The notes beneath the pieces are model-generated. The model was not told where the DNA came from. It made no database searches and was given only the letters and a program-made list of their open reading frames with translations. A stretch of 64,000 bases of DNA from an uncultured archaeon. GTDB taxonomy: Archaea > Asgardarchaeota > Thorarchaeia > Thorarchaeales > Thorarchaeaceae. Every line of letters starts with the position of its first letter. Positions within the stretch are counted from its first letter, which is position 1. The DNA is taken from the NCBI GenBank assembly GCA_964610875.1, contig CAZSWP010000001.1, positions 102,161 to 166,160 of the forward strand, written 5' to 3'. Shown here piece after piece: positions 9,570-18,165 of the stretch. The position numbers and the translations under genes were made by a program.

Positions 9570-10400
9570 TTGCTATCTCGTTGCAAGGAGGCGATTATAA
9601 GAGTGGATTCTGAAAAGGAAGCTCGTTATAACGCATACGAGAAAGTGCTTTCCGCTTTTGGAACTCCCTCACAGTCCATGTTTGTAACAGATAGTGATGA
9701 AGAGGTTGACACCTTCACACGAGATTTGAATGAGTATTTGATTTCTATTGGTCAACTTGAGAGACAATCAGATGACAAACCTTACCATATTGTTCGCATT
9801 GGTTATGATGGGGACATGCTGGATGACATCTTTAGATTGGTAGTCGCGGAGGAGTCTGATAACTTTGAACCAGCGAAACTGGATCCTTCTATGCTTTATT
9901 CTAAACAACATATCTTTCAACATCTATATCAGACTATAACAAAGGACAAATGGGTCATATTTCACATTACTGAGTTTCCTCTTGCCTATTATTTTGAAAC
10001 AGCCATCACAGTTGATGTAGAAGAACTCTCTGACATAATGGATCCGCAAGTTCATGATGAAACTATCCATAGGTACTTGAACGACCTGCGTATTCAAGGT
10101 ACAGAAGAACACAGAAAGACATACAGCTTCTTCTATCGAATTAGCACCTCTCTGCTCATGGAGCTTTCAAATGTCTTTCTAGTCGTTCCTACAGCTGACA
10201 TGAATAGACACATCGTGGTTGGTAGCTGGCGGACTCAAACTCTACTACTTGGATTTAGTCCCTTAACGTGGTCATCTGGCAGTTTCAGAGTCTATGACCT
10301 CAGTGGTCGAGACATTGATGCACGTTGGGCATATCCTGCACCTCCCTCTGATGATCCTCGCGTCAAACAATACACCCGTCTTGTACCTTTACGCGAATGA
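9570..10400 (+). CDS. Hypothetical protein
   Basis: 276-aa ORF filling the gap between coaBC and pok; no motif recognised; start uncertain. Confidence 0.7.
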   Translation: MLSRCKEAIIRVDSEKEARYNAYEKVLSAFGTPSQSMFVTDSDEEVDTFTRDLNEYLISIGQLERQSDDKPYHIVRIGYDGDMLDDIFRLVVAEESDNFEPAKLDPSMLYSKQHIFQHLYQTITKDKWVIFHITEFPLAYYFETAITVDVEELSDIMDPQVHDETIHRYLNDLRIQGTEEHRKTYSFFYRISTSLLMELSNVFLVVPTADMNRHIVVGSWRTQTLLLGFSPLTWSSGSFRVYDLSGRDIDARWAYPAPPSDDPRVKQYTRLVPLRE

Positions 10401-10496
10401 TTTATGACCTCTCTATTGTATATAATATATATACGCATACCATTAGAAGCGAAAATGTAATGGTTATATTTATACTGTGCTGTGTGAGAGAATCAT

Positions 10497-11432
10497 ATGA
10501 AGAGCAAATTGAGTTCATTAGTGGGAACTGCAGATGCTTTTGTCCCAGGCCACATCACTGGTATTTTTCGAATCCATGATGACCATGAGGATATCCTCTA
10601 TCGAGGCTCGACAGGAGCAGGATTCTCAATTCAAGCAGGGACCAAGACGACTGTTGCTCTGTTCGAAAATAACCGCGTTGACATCAAAACGACATACAAT
10701 GGAATCAAAATAGAGGCTCCAGTGACAGAAACGGTGATTCGCAGATTGACTGATTTACATGATATAAAACTAAAAGCAGAAGTCGCCCATGTTTCCGAGC
10801 TTCCTATAGGAGTCGGTTTTGGGGCTTCCGGAGCTGGGGCTTTAGGAACTGCTCTAGCAGCATCAACTATTCTTGAAGACAACTTGGATACTATCAAAGC
10901 AGCACAAATTGCTCATTATGCTGAAGTGAAAAATCACGCTGGACTTGGAGATGTAATTGCTCAGTTCTCTGGGGGTGTTGAAATTCGTACCCATCCTGGT
11001 GCACCAGGCATTGGTGAAACAATTCCTCTCAGCTACCCGTCTGATACAATAGTGGTACTAGCAGGAGCAACTGGACTAGAAACAAAAGAAGTGCTAACAA
11101 ACCCAACAAAGAGAACCAACATAAACCAATTTGCCGGATCACTACTTAAGGAACTTAGAAGAGGTACACCTTCTCTAGAAAACCTCGTGAAAAGTTCTCG
11201 TACATTTTCAAAATCTATTGGACTAATGACTCCACGTATATCTAATGCTCTTGATGAAATTGATCAACAAAGTCTTGGTATGTCAAGTATGGTCATGCTT
11301 GGAGATTCACTATTCTGCCTTTGCCAGCAAGATGAAAAGGACCAAGTATCGGAAATTCTCCTCAAGGGTTGGAAACCCAATGAACTCCTTGTGACAAAAA
11401 TATCGGAAAGAGGAGGCCGAGTCATATCATGA
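10497..11432 (+). CDS. pok: Pantoate kinase (GHMP family)
   Basis: AFVPGHITGIF, GSTGAG, LPIGVGFGASGAGALG, AGLGDVIAQ..GG; directly upstream of pps. Confidence 0.92.
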   Translation: MKSKLSSLVGTADAFVPGHITGIFRIHDDHEDILYRGSTGAGFSIQAGTKTTVALFENNRVDIKTTYNGIKIEAPVTETVIRRLTDLHDIKLKAEVAHVSELPIGVGFGASGAGALGTALAASTILEDNLDTIKAAQIAHYAEVKNHAGLGDVIAQFSGGVEIRTHPGAPGIGETIPLSYPSDTIVVLAGATGLETKEVLTNPTKRTNINQFAGSLLKELRRGTPSLENLVKSSRTFSKSIGLMTPRISNALDEIDQQSLGMSSMVMLGDSLFCLCQQDEKDQVSEILLKGWKPNELLVTKISERGGRVIS

Positions 11433-12226
11433 CCAAAATAATAGTGCCAGATAATCATCCGCGAAAGGTCTCTCTTGATATCAGGGATCGAATTATAGAT
11501 GGTCATGAAAAGGATATAGTAGCTACAGCCGGTCTCTTAGCTCATGGTAGAGGAGAAGCTTTTGATTATTTCATTGGAGAAGAAACTACTGAGGAAGCAA
11601 AGACTGCAATTCGTGCTGCGGCTGCAGCCTTGTTGATTGCAAAACATCCTGTGATCAGTGTAAATGGAAATGTATGTTCATTAGTTCCCAATGAATTGAT
11701 TGAACTCCATGAAATAACAGGGGCTGAATTAGAAATCAACCTTTTTTATTATCGTCCTGAACGGGAAACTGCGATACTGGCTGCATTACAAGAAGCTGGT
11801 GCAACACGAGTCCTAGGAACACATGATAGACCCTCAGAAACTATACCTGAATTAAGCCACAACCGAAGAAAGGTGGACTCTGAAGGAATCGCTAAAGCTG
11901 ATCTAGTTCTTGTTCCATTGGAGGATGGTGATAGAACTCAAGCACTGAGGAAGATTGGCAAGTTTGTGGTGACTATAGATCTTAATCCAATCAGTCGAAC
12001 TTCTATTTTTTCAAACATAACTATTATTGATAATATCATTCGTGCGATGCCCCTTATGGTGGAATATGTTTGGGAGATGCATGATTGGCCTAGGACGAAA
12101 CTGGAACGACTTGTTAGTGATTTTGATAATGAGAAGACTATACAATCAGCACTTGAGATTATGATTGCTAATCTTGCAGCAAAAGGTGCAACTGGATTGA
12201 AGGGGTTAAAGGAGGCGAAACAATGA
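11429..12226 (+). CDS. pps: 4-phosphopantoate--beta-alanine ligase (phosphopantothenate synthetase)
   Basis: HPR..SL, AHGRGEAFDY, PVISVNGN, VPLEDGDR, IDLNPISRT; ATGA overlap with pok. Confidence 0.95.
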   Translation: MTKIIVPDNHPRKVSLDIRDRIIDGHEKDIVATAGLLAHGRGEAFDYFIGEETTEEAKTAIRAAAAALLIAKHPVISVNGNVCSLVPNELIELHEITGAELEINLFYYRPERETAILAALQEAGATRVLGTHDRPSETIPELSHNRRKVDSEGIAKADLVLVPLEDGDRTQALRKIGKFVVTIDLNPISRTSIFSNITIIDNIIRAMPLMVEYVWEMHDWPRTKLERLVSDFDNEKTIQSALEIMIANLAAKGATGLKGLKEAKQ

Positions 12227-13212
12227 AAATAGTTGTAATGGGTTCTGGAGCCATCGGTAGTCTTTATGGTGGTCTCATAGAAAAATACAATCCGGGATTG
12301 GTGACTCTTGTTGGTCGTCCTTCTCATGTGACCGCAATACAGAAAGACGGACTCAAGGTAAAGGGTGTTCTAGGTGAATTTACAGTTAAAATAGATGCAG
12401 TGTCCAATCCCTCTTCAATCACAAAAGCAGATGCTGTATTCATAACAACAAAGACCTATGATACTATCAAAGCTGCAAAAAAGATTGAACATCTTGTAAA
12501 ATCTGGTGCTTTTGTATTAATCATCCAGAATGGTATAGGTACAGAGAAACTTGTTGCAAAAGCTCTCAACACAACCAAAGTATTACGAGCCACAACCTGC
12601 ATGGGTGCTCTAATAACAAGATCTGGAGAAGTTACAATAACTGGTGATGGTCTGACAGAGGTTGGAACTCATTATCCTGAAAATCACGAATCGGTTGAGA
12701 GTATTGTGAATATACTCAAAGAAGCTGGATTCAATGTTAGGTCTTCAGACAACATTGATGGAGTTGTATGGACTAAAACCGTTGTTAATTGTGGAATCAA
12801 TCCTATTGGTGCACTTACTGGAATGAAAAACGGTGACGTATATTCCAATCTGGTCCTTCGTGATCTAGTTGTACGTCTTGTTCAAGAAACTGCAAGAGTT
12901 GCTGACGCATTGAATATCTCTCTTACAACAGAGAATCCTATTAGGTACACACTGGGTACAGCTAAGGCAACATCTGAAAATATCAATTCGATGCTGCAAG
13001 ATATTCTTGCGAGAAAGAAAACTGAGATTGATTCAATAACTGGTGAAGTGATTCGAATCGGACAGGAACTTGGAATTGAAACTCCCGTTAGTGAAACAGT
13101 TTATGCACTCATTAAGGCAATCGAATCAAAGTACATGGATGCTGAGGATGAGAGAGATTCCGAAACCCCACTGACGCCAGAAGAGCTACTTGGCGTGATT
13201 TCTACACCCTAA
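12223..13212 (+). CDS. panE: 2-dehydropantoate 2-reductase
   Basis: GSGAIG Rossmann motif, QNGIG, WTKTVVNCGIN, SMLQD, TEIDSITG. Confidence 0.93.
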   Translation: MKIVVMGSGAIGSLYGGLIEKYNPGLVTLVGRPSHVTAIQKDGLKVKGVLGEFTVKIDAVSNPSSITKADAVFITTKTYDTIKAAKKIEHLVKSGAFVLIIQNGIGTEKLVAKALNTTKVLRATTCMGALITRSGEVTITGDGLTEVGTHYPENHESVESIVNILKEAGFNVRSSDNIDGVVWTKTVVNCGINPIGALTGMKNGDVYSNLVLRDLVVRLVQETARVADALNISLTTENPIRYTLGTAKATSENINSMLQDILARKKTEIDSITGEVIRIGQELGIETPVSETVYALIKAIESKYMDAEDERDSETPLTPEELLGVISTP

Positions 13213-13882
13213 ACCAGTTCTTAGCCATTGTATATGATGACAATGCTGAACGTTGTGCATTCTGTCTTACAATTCCCATATGTCCCGGAATCGCAATTTG
13301 GAATTCAATTTCTGATAATCTCTTTAGACTTTTTACTAGCTTCGCTGCATCCCCTTCAGGAAAGTCAACCCTTCCAAAGCTCCCCCCAGAGAACATTGTG
13401 TCTCCTGTGAACATGAGAGAGTCCTGTTCAATATAGAAACAGCAACTTCCTGCTGAGTGTCCAGGAGTATGAAGAGTCCTCATTTTGACCTCGCCAAATT
13501 CTAATACATCCCCTTCAGTTAGAATGCCTTCTATATTCAGTGGAGGCAAATCGTGACCAAAAGTATCAGCTAGTGTGGCTCCTGTGTTTCCCACATTAAT
13601 CTTTTCAGCTTCGTCTTTATGTAAGTGTATTTTCGGAGTGGCTTCTTTCAGAATTGGTTCGACACCTCCGATATGGTCTATATGACAATGCGTAAGTACT
13701 ATGTTTGTTAAGTCTGTGACTTTGACATCGAGATTAGCCAAGTCTTTCTCGATTTGATGCATATACATACCAGTCCCTGTATCAATCAGTACACGACTAT
13801 CCCCACTCTCAATAAAACCAATATTGGAATCAAAACTATTACTCACTCGAACATAAATGCTATCGGTTATTCTCTCAAACAT
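13202..13882 (-). CDS. MBL-fold metallo-hydrolase (glyoxalase II-like)
   Basis: LIDTG, THCHIDHIGG, TPGHSAGS, GDTMF, PGH. Confidence 0.92.
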   Translation of the reverse strand: MFERITDSIYVRVSNSFDSNIGFIESGDSRVLIDTGTGMYMHQIEKDLANLDVKVTDLTNIVLTHCHIDHIGGVEPILKEATPKIHLHKDEAEKINVGNTGATLADTFGHDLPPLNIEGILTEGDVLEFGEVKMRTLHTPGHSAGSCCFYIEQDSLMFTGDTMFSGGSFGRVDFPEGDAAKLVKSLKRLSEIEFQIAIPGHMGIVRQNAQRSALSSYTMAKNWFRV

Positions 13883-13886
13883 AATA

Positions 13887-15017
13887 TCACTTCATTAGTT
13901 GCATTATTAAGTCGATTTCATTTATTGAATTATAGAAGTGCGGTGATACCCGCAAACGTTCATTTCGTACAGAACAATGAATTTTAGATTTCTTCATCTT
14001 TTCATATAATTCTTCAATATTCGCTGGTGCGCAGGATACAATAGCCGAATTGTGTTCAGGACCAAAGTCATAGACCGGTATATCTACTTCCTGAAGACAT
14101 TCTCTTAGATAGTTTGCAACTGCCATTGCTGTTCCTTCTCTAGTTTGTGGTTTAAAACTAAGCAAGGTTTCAAGAGATTTGTTGAATCCTACATAAGCAA
14201 CCATAGCTGGGGACCCAACTTCAAACTTTGTTGCATTCTCCAGAGGTTCTCTCTGGAAATACCCGAACTCATGTAGGTCCTTTACTCCCCACCATCCAAG
14301 AAATCTTGTATCGACCTCATCAATGATTCTTTTATCAACGTAAACGAAACCAGCTCCGATTGGTCCGATCAACCATTTTGCCGCCTGTGCTGAAGCAAAG
14401 TCAACTCCCATTTTTGGCAGGTCAATATCCACACAACCTGCAGCTTGGATTATATCTGCGAACAGATAGCCTCCATTTTCATGAACAACCTGTGATAACG
14501 ATTTCAAATCGTTGCGGAATCCTGATGCAAATTGTACATGACTAACTCCAACTACACGAGTATTTTCATCAATCATTTCTGCAAAGGACTCTGTGGGAAC
14601 AGCTCCGTCTTCTGATCTCAAAACTCTCAGTTCTACACCATATATTCTTGCAACATTTTGCCATGGTATATAATTTGCAGGGAACTCAAGGTCACATATC
14701 ACAATGTTAGAGCCTTCTGGATATTCTATACCATGTGCGAAGATATTGACTCCTGTTGATGTGTTTGGTACTAGCCCAAAATTCTCTTCCTTTCCTCCCA
14801 ACAATAATGAAAGATTTCTACGTATCGAATTTAGTAGTTCCAGAGTTTCTTTGAAGTCCCCAATTGCACATTCTCTATTATGAAGGTAATCGTTCATCGC
14901 CTTTATCGTTGCATGAGGGGGAATACCAATTGATGCATTATTTAGATAAATCATACTCTTCAATGTGGGAAATAGCAGGTCAATCTGGTTCTGATCAATA
15001 TCCAATATCATAAGCAA
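13887..15017 (-). CDS. Class V PLP-dependent aminotransferase / cysteine desulfurase-like enzyme
   Basis: YLNNAS, NTSTG, DIIQAAG, AAKWLIGP (PLP lysine), RVSPHFYN. Confidence 0.88.
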   Translation of the reverse strand: MLMILDIDQNQIDLLFPTLKSMIYLNNASIGIPPHATIKAMNDYLHNRECAIGDFKETLELLNSIRRNLSLLLGGKEENFGLVPNTSTGVNIFAHGIEYPEGSNIVICDLEFPANYIPWQNVARIYGVELRVLRSEDGAVPTESFAEMIDENTRVVGVSHVQFASGFRNDLKSLSQVVHENGGYLFADIIQAAGCVDIDLPKMGVDFASAQAAKWLIGPIGAGFVYVDKRIIDEVDTRFLGWWGVKDLHEFGYFQREPLENATKFEVGSPAMVAYVGFNKSLETLLSFKPQTREGTAMAVANYLRECLQEVDIPVYDFGPEHNSAIVSCAPANIEELYEKMKKSKIHCSVRNERLRVSPHFYNSINEIDLIMQLMK

Positions 15018-15106
15018 TTTCCCATATTTTCACTCTGATAAACAATACGAATACAACCCCCTAAAGTTTAAGTCGTTGTAATCAGTTTCAAAAGTCGGAG
15101 AGAGGC

Positions 15107-15949
15107 TTGTCTGCATTTCGAAGGATACTCACCCGAATAAGAGGCTCCAAAAAGGAGGAAGAAAAGAAAGATGATAAGGCAGAGCCCTCCATAAAAAAAG
15201 CCACACCTTCAGAATCTGAATCAGAGTTAAAACCTGCTGAAAGTAAGGAAATTCTTGAGGTTCAACCCGAAGGTACACTTTTTGCATCATCCGCTGAACT
15301 TCGAGTAAATCATAATGAGACTGCATTACTCGCAAAAGAAGCAAAGATTTCTGATGTCACCACTTCTGAGATAGTGCCTGGCAAACTACTGAAGAGAGAT
15401 AATCGAGGTAGAGTGCATATCAAGATTGTATTCTATGGGCCGTCATTATCTGGAAAGACAACCGCCCTTCGTTGGTTGTTTGCCAATGTGAGGTCTCTCT
15501 CTAAAGGTAAAATTGTAGAAATTGCTGACGAACTTGGAAGAACCACATTTTTCGACTTCGTGCCAGTGACTGCAAGTGAAAGGATTGTTTTTGATGTATT
15601 CACCGTTGCTGGCCAACGAAGACATGCAAGAGCTAGGATTTCCGTGTTACGTGATGCAGACGGAATCATCTTCATGGCTGATTCCAGACCTGAAGCAATG
15701 AATGAGAATCTTGCATCCATTGAGGAGCTCAGAATTGCATTGGGAACTGACCGTGTTTCCACACTGCCAATTGTGGTGGCATTCAACAAAAGAGATTTAC
15801 CGAATGCCTTACCCATTGAGTACATGTCTCAAATGCTTGATTTTGAAGAATATCCTATTTTCGCAACAATCGCTACAGAGGGAAAAAACCTTCTGCGAAT
15901 GTTCCAACGTATCTTACGTGACGCCTTAGTATTTAAAGTTGGTATCTAA
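15107..15949 (+). CDS. MglA-like small GTPase with N-terminal extension
   Basis: KIVFYGPSLSGKTT, RTTFFDF, FTVAGQ (DxxG replaced by TVAG as in MglA), NKRD, TIA. Confidence 0.88.
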   Translation: MSAFRRILTRIRGSKKEEEKKDDKAEPSIKKATPSESESELKPAESKEILEVQPEGTLFASSAELRVNHNETALLAKEAKISDVTTSEIVPGKLLKRDNRGRVHIKIVFYGPSLSGKTTALRWLFANVRSLSKGKIVEIADELGRTTFFDFVPVTASERIVFDVFTVAGQRRHARARISVLRDADGIIFMADSRPEAMNENLASIEELRIALGTDRVSTLPIVVAFNKRDLPNALPIEYMSQMLDFEEYPIFATIATEGKNLLRMFQRILRDALVFKVGI

Positions 15950-16683
15950 GTTATAGAACTGAACGGTAGTTTTCCTCGTTCGAGTTCTTCAATTAGTTCA
16001 ATCAATTCACTCTCAGCTTGTTCCATTATTGCCTTACCTTTCTCAGGTCTGGCCTTTGCAGGATCTCCATATACGGCATCCTGATAGAGGTCTGCTCTAT
16101 AATGTGCTGATATGATTCTGAACTTTTGCACATTCCTTCTAGCAATTACACTGTCCATGTCAACTAGATTAGGTGATATATGCATGACTTCAGAAGTTTC
16201 ATCCTCTGCAGCATGACCCATGGGGGTCTCTAAAATCTCTTCTCTCACATCTCCAGCCAAATCCCTCCACCAATTTACTATGATGACGACACGTTCACCT
16301 CGCTTTGTAGCAGCCTTTGCTGCTGTTTCAATATGTGCTGAGTTTCCTCCATGACCATTCAGTACCACTAAATAGGTGAACCGTTGCTTGAATACACCTT
16401 TCATTATGCTGATGTATAGATCAACTAGACTCGATGGCTTAACTGATATTGTACCAGCAAACTGATTGAATACCCAACTATCACCAAATGGAATTGGCGG
16501 AAGTACTAGTGCTCTTGTCTTTTCTGCAATCCCCTTTGCTAGACTCCAAGGCAAAATCGTATCGGTACCAAGGGGTAGATGATGTCCGTGTGCCTCAAGT
16601 GCCCCTGTCACCAACACAGCTACTCGTGTGTTCTTTGAAATATCTCTGAAATGTTTTTGTGTCAAGTCTGACCAGAATGGCAT
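15946..16683 (-). CDS. Creatininase family amidohydrolase
   Basis: EAHGHHLPLGTD, NGHGGN, HAAEDETS. Confidence 0.93.
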   Translation of the reverse strand: MPFWSDLTQKHFRDISKNTRVAVLVTGALEAHGHHLPLGTDTILPWSLAKGIAEKTRALVLPPIPFGDSWVFNQFAGTISVKPSSLVDLYISIMKGVFKQRFTYLVVLNGHGGNSAHIETAAKAATKRGERVVIIVNWWRDLAGDVREEILETPMGHAAEDETSEVMHISPNLVDMDSVIARRNVQKFRIISAHYRADLYQDAVYGDPAKARPEKGKAIMEQAESELIELIEELERGKLPFSSIT

Positions 16684-16821
16684 TTATTTCCACCTGACTT
16701 CGGAACAGTTCCCTAATTAATACTAGCAATCTTCTAGTAGATAGGTGTTTTCAAGCGAAAAGGTAATTAGAGATTCCAAGCACCGCGACGCACACCCAAT
16801 ATGGATTTCACAAAATGAAAT

Positions 16822-16931
16822 AGCCCCGTGGTGTAGCGGTCCATCATGAGGGGTTCTGGTATCATTGAGCTTTTTCGGTTCTCTGATAGGAACTCCCCTT
16901 GACCCAGGTTCGAGTCCTGGCGGGGCTACCA
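16822..16931 (+). tRNA. tRNA-Gln(CTG) with 34-nt intron at 37/38 (16860-16893), CCA encoded
   Basis: Acceptor stem AGCCCCG/CGGGGCT + ACCA; anticodon stem AGGGG/CCCCT; CTG at 16856-58; T-arm CCAGG-TTCGAGT-CCTGG; bulge-helix-bulge with TTCT:AGGA helix and GG^T / AC^T bulges; spliced length 76 nt. Confidence 0.95.
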
Positions 16932-17061
16932 CTAATTTTTTTTGTGTTTTTGATTGCGAAAAATCGGAATTTAGATAAGAAATCAATATTAACGATTTTT
17001 AGAAAGGTTTAACAGTTTTAGCAGTAAAGTATAGATTTATAGGTATATCTTCAAAAGAATA

Positions 17062-17165
17062 GACAAGACAGGTTGCCAGATTCTCTGCTAATTATGAGCA
17101 GTTTCTGCTCGTATCTGCGTCCCCTCCCGGCGACGATATACAGAACTTTGGTACCTGTCCTTTTA
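17062..17165 (+). ncRNA. Candidate unclassified small structured RNA (~100 nt)
   Basis: Terminal stem GACAGGU(U)GCCAGA:UUUGGUACCUGUC; internal hairpins UAUGAGCAG-UUU-CUGCUCGUA and CGUC..GACG; G.U wobbles favour the + strand; TTTATA box ~25 nt upstream and T-tracts downstream. Confidence 0.55.
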
Positions 17166-17226
17166 CAGTTATTTTTCAATTCGTTAGGGATAACAATCTT
17201 CATATCATGAATAAATCCTATTTCTG

Positions 17227-18021
17227 ATGGATTTGATTCCCATGGAGAAAGTAGAACTTGGCTGGGATGAATTCTGGGCTGAGTTATTTAGAGTAAAACA
17301 TCGTAGGTCTCTTCCAGCTATAAAGCACTATGATGAGATGATAGTCAACTTCTGTATTGAAGTTCTCTGTCTAGAAAAAGATGATGAGATTCTTGATATA
17401 GCATGCGGTGCTGGAGAACATAGTGTCCTTTTTGCAAAGCAGGGTCTCCAAGTGTCTGGATTTGACCTATCAAAGACTCTCATATCTTTCGCTGAAAATT
17501 TGGCTAAGGATGAAGATGTTGACGTTAATTTCTATACAAGTGACATGCGTGAGATTGATTTTGAACATAGATTCAATGCTGCGGTTCTCTTGAGTCACAG
17601 TTTTGGTTTCTTTAACCATGAGGAAAACAAACGCGTTCTGAAAGGAACACTGGATGCTCTTCGTGATGAAGGAAAGCTTCTCTTAGATCTTATGAATCCT
17701 TACAGGATACCTCGGTTCAAGAAGACTTGGTCTCAAATTGATGGCGGATATCTTCTTAGCGAACCACACTTTCTTGATGCTCCGTCTGGAGTCCTAAGAG
17801 GCAGACCTGCAACTTTTATTGATGTAGAAAATAATAGAATCGTACTTGCCAATCAGGATGCACTAGCCAATAACGACATTCGTATGTATACCGCACTAGA
17901 AATAAGAGAACTTGTGGAAGAAGTGGGCTTCTCAAAAATTGATTTCTATGGACAGAATAAGCTCCCAAGAATGCCATATACAGCTAATTCTGAACGAATG
18001 GTAGTAGTTGCAACAAAATAG
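17227..18021 (+). CDS. Class I SAM-dependent methyltransferase
   Basis: ILDIACGAG, VSGFDLS, DMREI, SFGFF. Confidence 0.92.
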   Translation: MDLIPMEKVELGWDEFWAELFRVKHRRSLPAIKHYDEMIVNFCIEVLCLEKDDEILDIACGAGEHSVLFAKQGLQVSGFDLSKTLISFAENLAKDEDVDVNFYTSDMREIDFEHRFNAAVLLSHSFGFFNHEENKRVLKGTLDALRDEGKLLLDLMNPYRIPRFKKTWSQIDGGYLLSEPHFLDAPSGVLRGRPATFIDVENNRIVLANQDALANNDIRMYTALEIRELVEEVGFSKIDFYGQNKLPRMPYTANSERMVVVATK

Positions 18022-18065
18022 CTCCTCTGACGGAAATCTTTTAAACAACATTTGGAGCTGACGCG

Positions 18066-18135
18066 CAAGCCACCGATGCGGCTATCGGTGACCCCGACCG
18101 AGTTCTCTCGTGTTAACTTCGTAAGTTGGGGTCAG
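18066..18135 (+). promoter_or_regulatory. GC-rich structured 5' leader of EF-2
   Basis: Hairpins CACCGAU-(GCGGCU)-AUCGGUG and UGACCCCGAC...GUUGGGGUCA enclosing CGAG-UUCU-CUCG, located between a TTTTAAA box (~18039-46) and the EF-2 start. Confidence 0.5.
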
Positions 18136-18165
18136 ATAATCCTAGTAAATTAGAGAGTGAATAGA

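Noticed and set aside
16723-16986. 87-aa minus-strand ORF
   Set aside because: Antisense shadow of the tRNA-Gln gene.
16932-17226. Integrated mobile element at the tRNA 3' end
   Set aside because: AT-rich, but no integrase and no duplicated tRNA 3' end (att site) seen in the window.
18076-18153. 25-codon uORF in frame with EF-2 and separated by one TAG (possible pyrrolysine readthrough)
   Set aside because: EF-2 from ATG 18166 already has normal length, the uORF has no clear SD and lies in a hairpin, and being in frame is a one-in-three chance.
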